The notes beneath the pieces were generated by a model. The model saw nothing but the letters and a program-made list of their open reading frames with translations, ran no database searches and was not told the DNA's origin. Below, piece after piece: positions 1-8,685 of a stretch of 64,000 nt of DNA (the stretch's first letter is position 1; each line of letters opens with the position of its first letter). Made by a program: the position numbers and the translations under genes. Location: the NCBI GenBank assembly GCA_965246995.1, contig OZ252008.1, forward strand, positions 562,323-626,322, written 5' to 3'. The stretch comes from Vicinamibacterales bacterium (lineage in GTDB: Bacteria > Acidobacteriota > Vicinamibacteria > Vicinamibacterales > UBA8438).

Positions 1-882
1 GTGCTCCTTGAGGTCCTTCAGCCAGGCGAGCTTCTCGGCGCCGATGCCGTCCGGATCGTGGATGAAGCCGCCCGAGTCTGAGACGGTCACCACCTTGGCC
101 CCCAGTTCCACGAGCTTCTCGATCGCATAGAGGGCGACGTTGCCCGATCCCGAGATGACGGCGGTCTTCCCGCGGACCTCGTCCTTGCGGGTCGAGAGCA
201 TGTTCTGGAGGAAGTAGACGGCGCCGTAACCGGTCGCCTCGGTTCGGACCCGGCTACCCCCGAACGCGAGTCCCTTGCCGGTCAGCACCCCGGTGAAGCG
301 GTTCGACAGCCGCATGTACTGGCCAAACAGGTAGCCGATCTCGCGCGCGCCGACGCCGATATCACCCGCCGGGATATCGGTGTCCTCGCCGATATGGCGG
401 TGCAGCTCGCGCATCATCGCCTGGCAGAACCGCATCACGTCGGTGTCGCTCTTGCCGCGCGGATCGAAGTTCGCGCCGCCCTTGGCGCCGCCCATCGGCA
501 ACCCGGTCAGACTGTTCTTCAGGATCTGTTCGAAGCCGAGGAACTTCAGCACGCTGCGGGTCACCGTCGGATGGAAGCGAAGCCCTCCTTTATAGGGGCC
601 GATCGCGTTCGAGAACTGCACCCGCCACGCGCGGTCGGCATGGACGAGGCCGTCGTCGCCCTGCCAGGTGACACGGAACGTGATGATCCGGTCCGGTTCG
701 GTCAGCCGCTCGAGAATCTTCAGCCGTTCGAATTCCGGGTGGTGGTTCCGGATGAACGGGATGACCGACTCGGCCACCTCCCGCACCGCCTGGTGGAACT
801 CCGGCTCCGCCGGGTTGCGGCGGACCAGACCCGCCATGAAGTTATCGATCGTGAGCGGCTTCGGCCGCGTGTGAACAAGCAT
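1..882 (-). CDS. gdhA: Glutamate dehydrogenase, first 294 codons. The 3' end runs off the window edge.
   Basis: Absent from the ORF track because it is open at the edge. My reverse translation from the ATG at 882 reads MLVHTRPKPLTIDNFMAGLVRRNPAEPEFHQAVR...GPYKGGLRFHPTVT...PMGGAKGGANFDPRGK...EKLVELGAKVVTVSDSGGFIHDPDGIGAEKLAWLKDLKEH. This contains the Glu/Leu/Phe/Val dehydrogenase signature. Confidence 0.9.
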   Translation of the reverse strand, partial: MLVHTRPKPLTIDNFMAGLVRRNPAEPEFHQAVREVAESVIPFIRNHHPEFERLKILERLTEPDRIITFRVTWQGDDGLVHADRAWRVQFSNAIGPYKGGLRFHPTVTRSVLKFLGFEQILKNSLTGLPMGGAKGGANFDPRGKSDTDVMRFCQAMMRELHRHIGEDTDIPAGDIGVGAREIGYLFGQYMRLSNRFTGVLTGKGLAFGGSRVRTEATGYGAVYFLQNMLSTRKDEVRGKTAVISGSGNVALYAIEKLVELGAKVVTVSDSGGFIHDPDGIGAEKLAWLKDLKEH

Positions 883-887
883 GACTG

Positions 888-1931
888 TTAGGGCCTCTTC
901 TTGAGCATAGCTGCCATGTCGCGTTTCTGTCCCGGCTGACGGTCGTCGCCGAGGGCGAGCATCCACATCGGGTAGGGGAGCTGCCGCGCGCTCACCTCGT
1001 CGAGCGACGTCACTTCGTCGGCCGACAGCGCGACGTCGACCGCAGCGAGGTTGTCGTGCAACTGATCCATGCGCTTCGCGCCGATGATGACGCTGGTGAC
1101 CGCGGGCTTGGCCAGCAGCCATGCCAGCGCCACCTGTGCGACCGACACGCCGTGCGCTTCGGCGATCGCGGCCATCACGTCGAGGGTGTCGAAGGCCTGG
1201 TCGCGGTCGATCGGCGGAAAGTCGAACGCGGCGCGCCGCGCGTCACGGTCGCGCGCGCCCTCCCGCGTGAACTTGCCGGTCAGGAAGCCCCCCGCGAGCG
1301 GACTCCAGACCAGCAGCCCGAGCCCCTGATCCTCGATGAGCGGAATGGTGTCCTGCTCGAGGTCGCGTCCCGCGAGCGAGTAGTACGACTGCGTCGCGCA
1401 GAACCGTTCGAAGCCGCGGCGCTCGGAGATGCCGAGCGCCTGCATCAGCTCCCACGCCTGCAGGTTCGAGCAGCCGATGTAGCGCACCTTCCCGGCCCGC
1501 ACCAGGTCGGTGAGGGCGCTGAGCGTCTCCTCGATATCCGTGTCCGGATCGCTCCGGTGGATCTGGTAGAGGTCGATGTAATCGGTGCCGAGCCGTCGCA
1601 GGCTCGCGTCGCACGCCTGCATGATGTGGAGCCGCGAGAGCCCCACGTCGTTCGCGCCCGGCCCCATTCGCCCGCGCGCCTTGGTGGCGATGACGACCTC
1701 TTGGCGCCGCGAGGCGAGCGCCTTCCCCAGGATCTCCTCGGAGTCGCCGGTCGAGTAGACGTCGGCGGTGTCGAAGAAGTTGATCCCTGCGTCGATGGAC
1801 GCGCCCACCAGCGCGTCGGCCTCCGTCTGACCGAGCGCGCCGATGACTTCCCACTCCGTCCCGAACGTCATCGCTCCCAGGCAGAGCTCCGACACGTAGA
1901 CACCAGTCCGTCCCAATCGTCGATATTGCAT
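888..1931 (-). CDS. Aldo/keto reductase family oxidoreductase
   Basis: 347-aa ORF. It reads MQYRRLGRTGVYVSELCLGAMTFG...INFFDTADVYSTGDSEEILGKAL...YIDLYQIHRSD...VRYIGCSN, the typical AKR pattern. Confidence 0.9.
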   Translation of the reverse strand: MQYRRLGRTGVYVSELCLGAMTFGTEWEVIGALGQTEADALVGASIDAGINFFDTADVYSTGDSEEILGKALASRRQEVVIATKARGRMGPGANDVGLSRLHIMQACDASLRRLGTDYIDLYQIHRSDPDTDIEETLSALTDLVRAGKVRYIGCSNLQAWELMQALGISERRGFERFCATQSYYSLAGRDLEQDTIPLIEDQGLGLLVWSPLAGGFLTGKFTREGARDRDARRAAFDFPPIDRDQAFDTLDVMAAIAEAHGVSVAQVALAWLLAKPAVTSVIIGAKRMDQLHDNLAAVDVALSADEVTSLDEVSARQLPYPMWMLALGDDRQPGQKRDMAAMLKKRP

Positions 1932-1988
1932 GGCGGAGATTCTATGCCTTAGCGATTACAGTGTAGAAGGTTGGTACAGAGGTCACGG

Positions 1989-2180
1989 ATGGCGCGCAAT
2001 CTCGAGAATGCGGAGACCGTACGGCTGGCCGAGGAACTGGAACGGCTACGTCCCGAGCGCTCCGGCCTGTCACGGCATGATCGGTTGCGGGCGCTCGCCC
2101 GGCTGTGCGCTCGGTTGCCGGAACGGGATCCACGCCTGGCCGACGAGATCGTCGGGTACGACGAGAACGGCCTGCCCTAG
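1989..2180 (+). CDS. VapB-type (Rv0623/PSK-like) antitoxin-like small protein with no cognate toxin gene
   Basis: MARNLENAETVRLAEELERL...RLADEIVGYDENGLP. The N-terminal ribbon-like segment and the C-terminal GYDExGLP ending resemble mycobacterial VapB30-type antitoxins, from memory. The track ORF starts at 1971; the ATG at 1989 is more likely. The stop TAG (2178-2180) is the flank of the MITE. Confidence 0.55.
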   Translation: MARNLENAETVRLAEELERLRPERSGLSRHDRLRALARLCARLPERDPRLADEIVGYDENGLP

Positions 2181-2338
2181 GAGCCCGTGGTGAAACCCCT
2201 GCTACATTCGAGCGGCGATGCATCCCGCCTGAACGGCGTTGCTCCTCGGTCTCATACGGCCAATATGCTCCCTCGTCGCGCCTTGTCAGGCGAGCGCCTC
2301 ACCGCTCTCGGTGCTACGCGGGGTTTCACCACGGGCTC
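2181..2338 (+). mobile_element. MITE-like palindromic element, copy A (short form, 158 bp)
   Basis: Termini are GGAGCCCGTGGTGAAACCCC ... GGGGTTTCACCACGGGCTCC, perfect 20-bp inverted repeats. It is flanked by CTAG (2177-2180) and CTAG (2339-2342). It is near-identical to five other copies in the window. Confidence 0.85.
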
Positions 2339-3082
2339 CTAGCGCCCGTCCCACTGTTCGAGCATCCAGTTGCCCGCGTCCTGCAGGGACGGAACGTAGC
2401 TGCCCATGTTGAAGTGACCGATCCCTTCGAGGGTCGTGAAGGCGACCGGGTGGCCGGCTGCCTCGAGGCGCTGGAACGCCTCCTCGGCGGGTTCGAAGGG
2501 GACCACTTCATCGACGCGGCTATGGATGATGTGGATCGGCATGGTGCCGAAGGCGTCGGGCGCGTGGTCACCGGGGCGGCCCGCGATGGGGATGGCGCCG
2601 GTGAAGAAGTCGGAGTGCTGCCCCGCGAAGAACCATGTGCCGGCGCCGCCGAGGCTGAAGCCGGTCACGAGGATGCGCGACCGGTCGATCGTGTAGTCGT
2701 CGAGGATCTGCTCGAGCAGCGCCATCACCCCCCGATCGGCTACCTCGGAGGTCCAGCGGCGGGTCGGCACGTCGGGGGCGACCATGATGGCGCCGAGCTC
2801 GCGCAACCCCGGCGCGAAGATGCCTTGCATGTTCCGGCTGCCGTAGTACGCGCCGTTGATGCCGCCGGGGTGGAGCGCCAGGACGAGCGGGCGCGGCTCG
2901 CCCGCCGGGTCGTAGCCGGCCGGCACCGATACGGCGTAAGGCATCTCGCCGTGGCCGTCGATCGTGAAGACCAGATGCTCCATCGTGGGACGTCCTCCCT
3001 GGAATGGGAGAACTACTGCTGTACTGGCTGCCGTCAGTCCCGCCCCCACGATCAGAATGCCGACTGACCGAATGGTACGCAT
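2339..3082 (-). CDS. Secreted alpha/beta-hydrolase (esterase/depolymerase-like)
   Basis: 247 aa with an N-terminal hydrophobic signal, the nucleophile elbow GFSLGG and a C-terminal His region (GIGHF). The stop codon is the reverse TAG of the CTAG flank of MITE copy A. Confidence 0.75.
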   Translation of the reverse strand: MRTIRSVGILIVGAGLTAASTAVVLPFQGGRPTMEHLVFTIDGHGEMPYAVSVPAGYDPAGEPRPLVLALHPGGINGAYYGSRNMQGIFAPGLRELGAIMVAPDVPTRRWTSEVADRGVMALLEQILDDYTIDRSRILVTGFSLGGAGTWFFAGQHSDFFTGAIPIAGRPGDHAPDAFGTMPIHIIHSRVDEVVPFEPAEEAFQRLEAAGHPVAFTTLEGIGHFNMGSYVPSLQDAGNWMLEQWDGR

Positions 3083-3265
3083 TCCGTTGTCCTCCTCAGT
3101 GGCCGCGCGATGCCAAGCTGCACCCGCCGCATGGTAACGTATCGATTTCGGATCGACGTGATCCCGCTGCTCAACTGTAGACCTAAAATTTCGTCCAGGA
3201 CTCGACGTGACCTGCCACTGGCGCTATATTCTTCGTAGCGTTCCACCGCGTCACCTACCGGAGAG

Positions 3266-4486
3266 GTGCCGGGTGTTCGGTGCAGCAAAGCGCGCCTCCG
3301 CGACGATATCACTTGTCTGACGGTGCCGAAGCACAGTCACGAAATCAGGGATCCGATTCACGTCTTTGTGCGTTTGGACAGCACAGAGCGCGATGTCCTC
3401 AATTCTGCTCCGTTTCAGAGGCTCCGCCACATTCATCAGCTCGCTCTGACGTACCTCGTGTATCCGGGGGCCACCCACCGCCGATTCGAGCACTCACTTG
3501 GCGTGATGGAGCTCGCGAGTCGAATCTTTGATGTCGTGACTAACCCCGCCAACATCAGCGAGGAAATCTCCAACCGCTTGGACGAAATTAGCCAGCCGGC
3601 TAAGCTTCAATACTGGCGTCGCGTCCTGAGGATGGCCGCTCTGTGCCATGATATGGGCCATCTTCCGTTTTCTCATGCCGCCGAGAAGGAATTGCTGCCT
3701 AACGGGTGGGACCACGAACGCATCACACGTAGCATTATAGATAGTGAAGAGATGCGGTCCATTTGGAATGGTATGACTCCGCCTCTTCGATCCGCGGACG
3801 TTATTAAATTGGCCATAGGGCCCACGAAGACAGACGACCTTGAGTTCTCAGAATGGGAAGCGATTCTCGGCGAGATCATCGTAGGAGATGCTTTCGGCGC
3901 TGATCGGATGGACTATCTTCTTCGAGATTCCCATCACGCCGGTGTCGCGTATGGCCGGTTCGATCACTATCGCTTGATTGACACATTGCGTATTTTGCCG
4001 GCAAAGGATATCGCGGGGGAAGAGCAAGTCGGAACACCCGCTCTCGGATTACAAGAAGGAGGACAGCAGTCTGCCGAGGCATTGTTACTCGCACGCTATT
4101 TTATGTATTCACAGGTCTATTTTCATCCGGTCCGTCGAATCTACGACATTCACCTCATGGAATTTCTGAAGGAATCGCTGGACGGAGGAACGTTTGCGAC
4201 AGATCCTGTGGACCACTTGCGTTTAACTGACAACGAAGTTACCGCTGCGTTCGTCGAGGCCGCTGGAAACAAGAATGCACGAGGTCATATTCACGCCAGT
4301 CGAATTGTCCAGCGACGGCACTTCCGACGCGTCTATGGACGGAATCCGGTGGATCTTGAGCGGAATCTTGAACCGGGAAGAGCCATATACCAAAGCGTTG
4401 TGCGGCGTGTTGGGGGCGGAGAACGTGAGACACGATCGCCGGCGACCGGGAGGGGGGTCGCCGGATTTTCCGATATTGCTTCATAA
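3266..4486 (+). CDS. SAMHD1-like HD-domain phosphohydrolase (COG1078-type putative dNTP triphosphohydrolase)
   Basis: IRDPIHVFVRL...FQRLRHIHQLALTYLVYPGATHRRFEHSLGV...CHDMGHLPFSH...GADRMDYLLRDSHHAGVAYG match the SAMHD1/YwfO-type HD motifs. An alternative GTG start lies at 3323. The gene sits in a lower-GC stretch. The 3' end may be frameshifted (see findings). Confidence 0.8.
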   Translation: MPGVRCSKARLRDDITCLTVPKHSHEIRDPIHVFVRLDSTERDVLNSAPFQRLRHIHQLALTYLVYPGATHRRFEHSLGVMELASRIFDVVTNPANISEEISNRLDEISQPAKLQYWRRVLRMAALCHDMGHLPFSHAAEKELLPNGWDHERITRSIIDSEEMRSIWNGMTPPLRSADVIKLAIGPTKTDDLEFSEWEAILGEIIVGDAFGADRMDYLLRDSHHAGVAYGRFDHYRLIDTLRILPAKDIAGEEQVGTPALGLQEGGQQSAEALLLARYFMYSQVYFHPVRRIYDIHLMEFLKESLDGGTFATDPVDHLRLTDNEVTAAFVEAAGNKNARGHIHASRIVQRRHFRRVYGRNPVDLERNLEPGRAIYQSVVRRVGGGERETRSPATGRGVAGFSDIAS

Positions 4487-4591
4487 CGATGAGGTTGTTC
4501 CCGCTACTTTGGCGTCGGAAGCGTTGGGGCAGATTCCCGCGGTGTCGGTAGATAACGTGTTCGTCGAACCGTCGAAGCAAAGAGAGGCTGG

Positions 4592-4749
4592 GAGTCCGTG
4601 GTGAAACCCCGGGTAGCACCGAGAGCGGCGAGGCGCTCGCCTGACAAGGCGCGACGAGGAAGCATATTGGCCATATGAGACCGAGGAGCAACGCCGTTCA
4701 GGCGGGATGCATCGCCGCTCGAATGTAGCGGGGGTTTCACCACGGGCTC
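4592..4749 (-). mobile_element. MITE-like palindromic element, copy B (short form, 158 bp, inverted orientation)
   Basis: Same family as copy A. Termini are GAGTCCGTGGTGAAACCCC ... GGGGGTTTCACCACGGGCTC. It is flanked by the direct repeat CTGG (4588-4591) and CTGG (4750-4753). Confidence 0.85.
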
Positions 4750-4808
4750 CTGGAGACTGGGTGGGTGAACATCGCGAAGAGGCGTTGAGCGAAACGGAGG
4801 GATGAGCG

Positions 4809-5351
4809 ATGGAAAGGCTCTTGGTGGCGGCACTGTTGCTGCGCTTGATTCGGGCGCAGAAGGAAGAAGGAAGCCCGGGCGGCGAGACCCATATTCAGAA
4901 GGCTGTCTATTTTCTGCAGGAGTTGATGCAAGTCCCGTTGAATTTTCGGTTCATCTTGTACCGATACGGACCGTATTCCTTTGAGCTTAGAGATGCGCTC
5001 ATGAGCTTGAGGGCGGATGGGTTGGTTCGACTTGAACCACAACGTTCGGTGGGAGCCAAGATCGTTCCGACGGAGCGCGGTGTGCGGTTCTTGGACTCGC
5101 GGCAAGCGGCGCTTGGGAAGTGGATGGCTAGAATCGAGTTCGTAGCAAAGGCGTTGGGAAGGAATGGCGCGCTCGGCTTGGAACGGCTTGGGACAGCGTA
5201 TTTCGTCACGCACAGGGCGACGATCGAAGCGACGGTTCAGGATCGAGTGAAGGAAGTGAGACGGCGTAAACTGCATATCACGGCGAACGACGCGAAGGAA
5301 GCGGTGGAGTGGGCGGACCGCATTACAGAGCAAGCGGCGACGGTCCGATAA
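4809..5351 (+). CDS. YwgA-like / winged-helix-type small protein, putative partner of the HD phosphohydrolase
   Basis: 180 aa. HIQKAVYFLQELMQVPLNFRFILYRYGPYSFELRDALMSLRADGLVRLE resembles the YwgA pattern (LQK.vY...F.f..YGPYS.EL) as I remember it. A GGAGGG ribosome-binding site lies 8 nt upstream. The 3' end overlaps gltX by 43 nt. Confidence 0.5.
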   Translation: MERLLVAALLLRLIRAQKEEGSPGGETHIQKAVYFLQELMQVPLNFRFILYRYGPYSFELRDALMSLRADGLVRLEPQRSVGAKIVPTERGVRFLDSRQAALGKWMARIEFVAKALGRNGALGLERLGTAYFVTHRATIEATVQDRVKEVRRRKLHITANDAKEAVEWADRITEQAATVR

Positions 5352-6964
5352 GGGTCCGAACGCGGTTCGCGCCGAGCCCGACCGGCTACCTGCACATCGG
5401 CGGGGTCCGGACAGCGCTATTCAACTGGCTCTTCGCGCGACGGCACGGCGGAACGTTCATCCTCCGCATCGACGACACCGACCGCGAGCGGAACGTGGCC
5501 GAGGCGCTGCAGCCGATCCTCGACGGCTTCCGCTGGCTCGGGATCGACTGGGATGAGGGACCGGAGGTGGGCGGATCGTGCGGCCCGTATTTCCAGTCGG
5601 AACGGGGCGACCGCTACCGCGCGGCGGTTGACGCCCTGATCGCGAGCGGGAGCGCGTACCGGGACTACGCGACGGCGGCCGAGACGGTTGCGGAGCGCGA
5701 AGCGGCGCGGCGGGCGAAGGCGCGCTTCATCTATAGCCGTCGCTGGATGGCGGAGACCGAGGTCGTTGCGGCGCGCTTCGAAGCCGAAGGCCGCACCGCG
5801 GTGGTCCGCCTCAGGATGCCGCGCGAGGGCGCGTGCGCGTTCGACGATCTGGTGCGCGGCCCCGTCGCGTTCGACTGGGCCCTCGAGCAGGACCACGTGA
5901 TTCAGCGCGCCGACGGCACGCCGCTCTATCACCTGGCGAGCGCGGTGGACGACCACGACTTCGGGATCACGCACGTCATCCGCGCGGAGGAGCACCTCTC
6001 CAACACGCCGCGGCAGATCTTCATCATGCAGGCGCTCGGATACGACCTGCCGCACTACGCCCACCTGCCGTACGTCGCGGCGCCGGGCGGCAGCGAGAAG
6101 CTGAGCAAGCGCAAGTTGGGGAAGTACCTGAAGCAGGATGACTTCCGGAAGGCGTACGAGCACGCGGCGGGCATCATGGACCGGCTGGGCGAACCGGTGA
6201 CGGAGGCGTTCAACCCGGTCATGGTCGCCTTCTACCGCGCCGTCGGCTACCTCCCGGACGCGCTCCTCAACTACCTGCTGCTCCTCGGCTGGTCGCTCGA
6301 CGACAGGACGGAGGACTTCTCGCGCGACGCGATGATCGCGAACTTCTCCCTCGAGCGCGTCAACAAGTCGGCGGCCAGCTTCGACCCGCAGAAACTGATG
6401 GCCTTCCAGGAGCGCCGGATGACCGGGCTCCCGCTGGACGAGAAGGTCGAGCAGGTCCGTCCGTACCTAGACCGTTTCGGCGCGCGGCTAGAGATGGAGC
6501 TTGATACCAATCTGAAACGCCTACGCGCCGTCGTGGCTGCCGCCGGCGACAGGATCAGGGTTGCGGGCGACATTCTGGACTACGTTGCCTTCTTCCAGTG
6601 CGACGACGAAGTCGCGTACGACGAAAGAGCGTTGAAGAAGCGTCTAGGCTCTGACGAGGCGAAGGATCTACTCGTGCGGTTCTATCAGGAAGTGCTTGAG
6701 ACTCTGCAACCCTTCAACTCTCGAACCATCGAGGGCGCGTTGCATAGGTTCGTCGAGAAGTGGGGGAGCAAGAAGGGACAAGTCGTCAACGCCGTTCGAG
6801 TCGCCGTTACCGGTAAGGCTGTTGGCTTCGGTTTGTACGAAGCGATGGAGATTCTTGGTCGGGATGAGTGCCTCGCTAGAATTGATCAAGCGCTGCACAA
6901 AGCGGATGCCATGAATGCGTCAGACCCTGCGGCCACCCCAACCACACCAGGACCGACACCGTGA
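5309..6964 (+). CDS. gltX: Glutamate--tRNA ligase
   Basis: [46 protein letters not shown] carries the HIGH motif, and KLSKR is also present. 551 aa. Confidence 0.93.
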   Translation: MGGPHYRASGDGPIRVRTRFAPSPTGYLHIGGVRTALFNWLFARRHGGTFILRIDDTDRERNVAEALQPILDGFRWLGIDWDEGPEVGGSCGPYFQSERGDRYRAAVDALIASGSAYRDYATAAETVAEREAARRAKARFIYSRRWMAETEVVAARFEAEGRTAVVRLRMPREGACAFDDLVRGPVAFDWALEQDHVIQRADGTPLYHLASAVDDHDFGITHVIRAEEHLSNTPRQIFIMQALGYDLPHYAHLPYVAAPGGSEKLSKRKLGKYLKQDDFRKAYEHAAGIMDRLGEPVTEAFNPVMVAFYRAVGYLPDALLNYLLLLGWSLDDRTEDFSRDAMIANFSLERVNKSAASFDPQKLMAFQERRMTGLPLDEKVEQVRPYLDRFGARLEMELDTNLKRLRAVVAAAGDRIRVAGDILDYVAFFQCDDEVAYDERALKKRLGSDEAKDLLVRFYQEVLETLQPFNSRTIEGALHRFVEKWGSKKGQVVNAVRVAVTGKAVGFGLYEAMEILGRDECLARIDQALHKADAMNASDPAATPTTPGPTP

Positions 6965-8655
6965 CCCCTGCTGACGCCGCAACGCCGAGCCTCGACTTCA
7001 TTCGCGAAATCGTCGCCGACGACAAGGCGAACAACCGGCGCAACGGCCGCGTCCACACCCGTTTCCCGCCGGAGCCGAACGGCTACCTCCATATCGGCCA
7101 CGCGAAAGCGATCTGCCTCAACTTCGGCATCGCGCACGAGTACGACGGCCTCTGCAACCTCCGGATGGACGACACCAACCCGGAGACCGAGAAGGTCGAG
7201 TTCGTCTGCGCCATCGAGGACGACGTGCGCTGGCTCGGTTTCGACTGGGAGGAGCGCGCGTTCTACGCGTCCGACTATTTCGAACGGCTCTACGCGTGCG
7301 CGGTGACGCTGATCCGCAAGGGGCTCGCCTATGTCGATGACCTGCCGGGCGACCAGGTGAGCGCCTACCGCGGCCGCTGGGACGAGCCGGGCCGCGACAG
7401 TCCGTACCGCGACCGTGCCGTCGACGAGAACCTCGACCTGTTCCAGCGCATGCGCGCCGGCGAGTTCGAGGATGGCGCCCGAACGCTGCGCGCGAAGATC
7501 GACATGGCGGCGCCGAACATGAACATGCGCGATCCGACCATCTACCGGATCCGCCGCCGCCCGCACTACCGCTCGGGCGACGACTGGATGATCTATCCGA
7601 CCTACGACTTCACGCATCCGCTGTCGGATGCATTCGAGAGGATCACGCACTCCCTCTGCACGCTGGAGTTCGAGGATCACCGCCCGCTGTACGACTGGTA
7701 CCTGCAGGCGCTCGACTTCGAGGAGCCGCCCCGGCAGATCGAATTCGCCCGGCTCAACCTGACCTACACCGTCCTGAGCAAGCGCAAGCTCCTCGAGCTG
7801 GTGGAAGGGGGCCACGTCGCCGGCTGGGACGACCCGCGCATGCCGACGCTCACCGCGATGCGGCGGCGCGGCTGCCCGCCCGCGGCGCTCCGCGACTTCT
7901 GTAACCGGATCGGGATCGCGAAGGCGAACTCGGTGGTGCAGGTGGCGCAGCTCGACGACGCCATCCGGCGGGAGTTGAACCGGACGGCGACACGCGTCAT
8001 GGCGGTCCTCCGTCCGCTGAAGGTGGTGATAGAGAACTATCCGGAGGATCAGACCGAGCAGCTCCAGGCGGTCAACAACCCGGAGGACGAGAGCGCCGGC
8101 ACCCGCCCGGTCCCGTTCACGCGCGAACTCTGGATCGAGCGCGGCGACTTCATGGAGGACCCGCCCCGCAAGTTCTTCCGCCTCGCGCCGGGCCGCGAAG
8201 TGCGGCTGCGCTACGCTTACTTCCTAACCTGCCGCGACGTCATCAAGGACGCCGCCGGCAACGTCGTCGAGCTCCGGTGCACCTACGACCCGGAGACGCG
8301 CGGCGGTTATGCTCCCGACGGCCGGAAAGTGCGCGGGACGATCCACTGGGTCTCCGCGCGGCACGCGGTCCAGGCGCAGGCGCGGCTCTACGATCACCTC
8401 TTCAGCGCGGAATACCCGGAAGAGCTGCCGGAAGGCGCGAACTGGCTCGACGGCATCAATCCGGCGTCGCTCGAGACGGTCGGCACCTGCTACGTCGAAC
8501 CGAGCATCGCCGCCGCGCCGGCGGGGACGCGGTGCCAGTTCGAGCGCCTCGGCTACTTCTGCGTCGATCCCGACTCGACGGACGGACGGCCGGTCTTCAA
8601 CCGCACCGTGACCCTCCGGGATACCTGGGCCAGGATCGCCAAGCGGCAGGCGTAG
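6961..8655 (+). CDS. glnS: Glutamine--tRNA ligase
   Basis: [28 protein letters not shown]...[12 protein letters not shown] and VLSKRKL are class I GlnRS motifs. The GTGA start overlaps the gltX stop. Confidence 0.92.
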   Translation: MTPADAATPSLDFIREIVADDKANNRRNGRVHTRFPPEPNGYLHIGHAKAICLNFGIAHEYDGLCNLRMDDTNPETEKVEFVCAIEDDVRWLGFDWEERAFYASDYFERLYACAVTLIRKGLAYVDDLPGDQVSAYRGRWDEPGRDSPYRDRAVDENLDLFQRMRAGEFEDGARTLRAKIDMAAPNMNMRDPTIYRIRRRPHYRSGDDWMIYPTYDFTHPLSDAFERITHSLCTLEFEDHRPLYDWYLQALDFEEPPRQIEFARLNLTYTVLSKRKLLELVEGGHVAGWDDPRMPTLTAMRRRGCPPAALRDFCNRIGIAKANSVVQVAQLDDAIRRELNRTATRVMAVLRPLKVVIENYPEDQTEQLQAVNNPEDESAGTRPVPFTRELWIERGDFMEDPPRKFFRLAPGREVRLRYAYFLTCRDVIKDAAGNVVELRCTYDPETRGGYAPDGRKVRGTIHWVSARHAVQAQARLYDHLFSAEYPEELPEGANWLDGINPASLETVGTCYVEPSIAAAPAGTRCQFERLGYFCVDPDSTDGRPVFNRTVTLRDTWARIAKRQA

Positions 8656-8685
8656 TAGGCTAGCCCCCCCACAGGAGGCCCCCCC

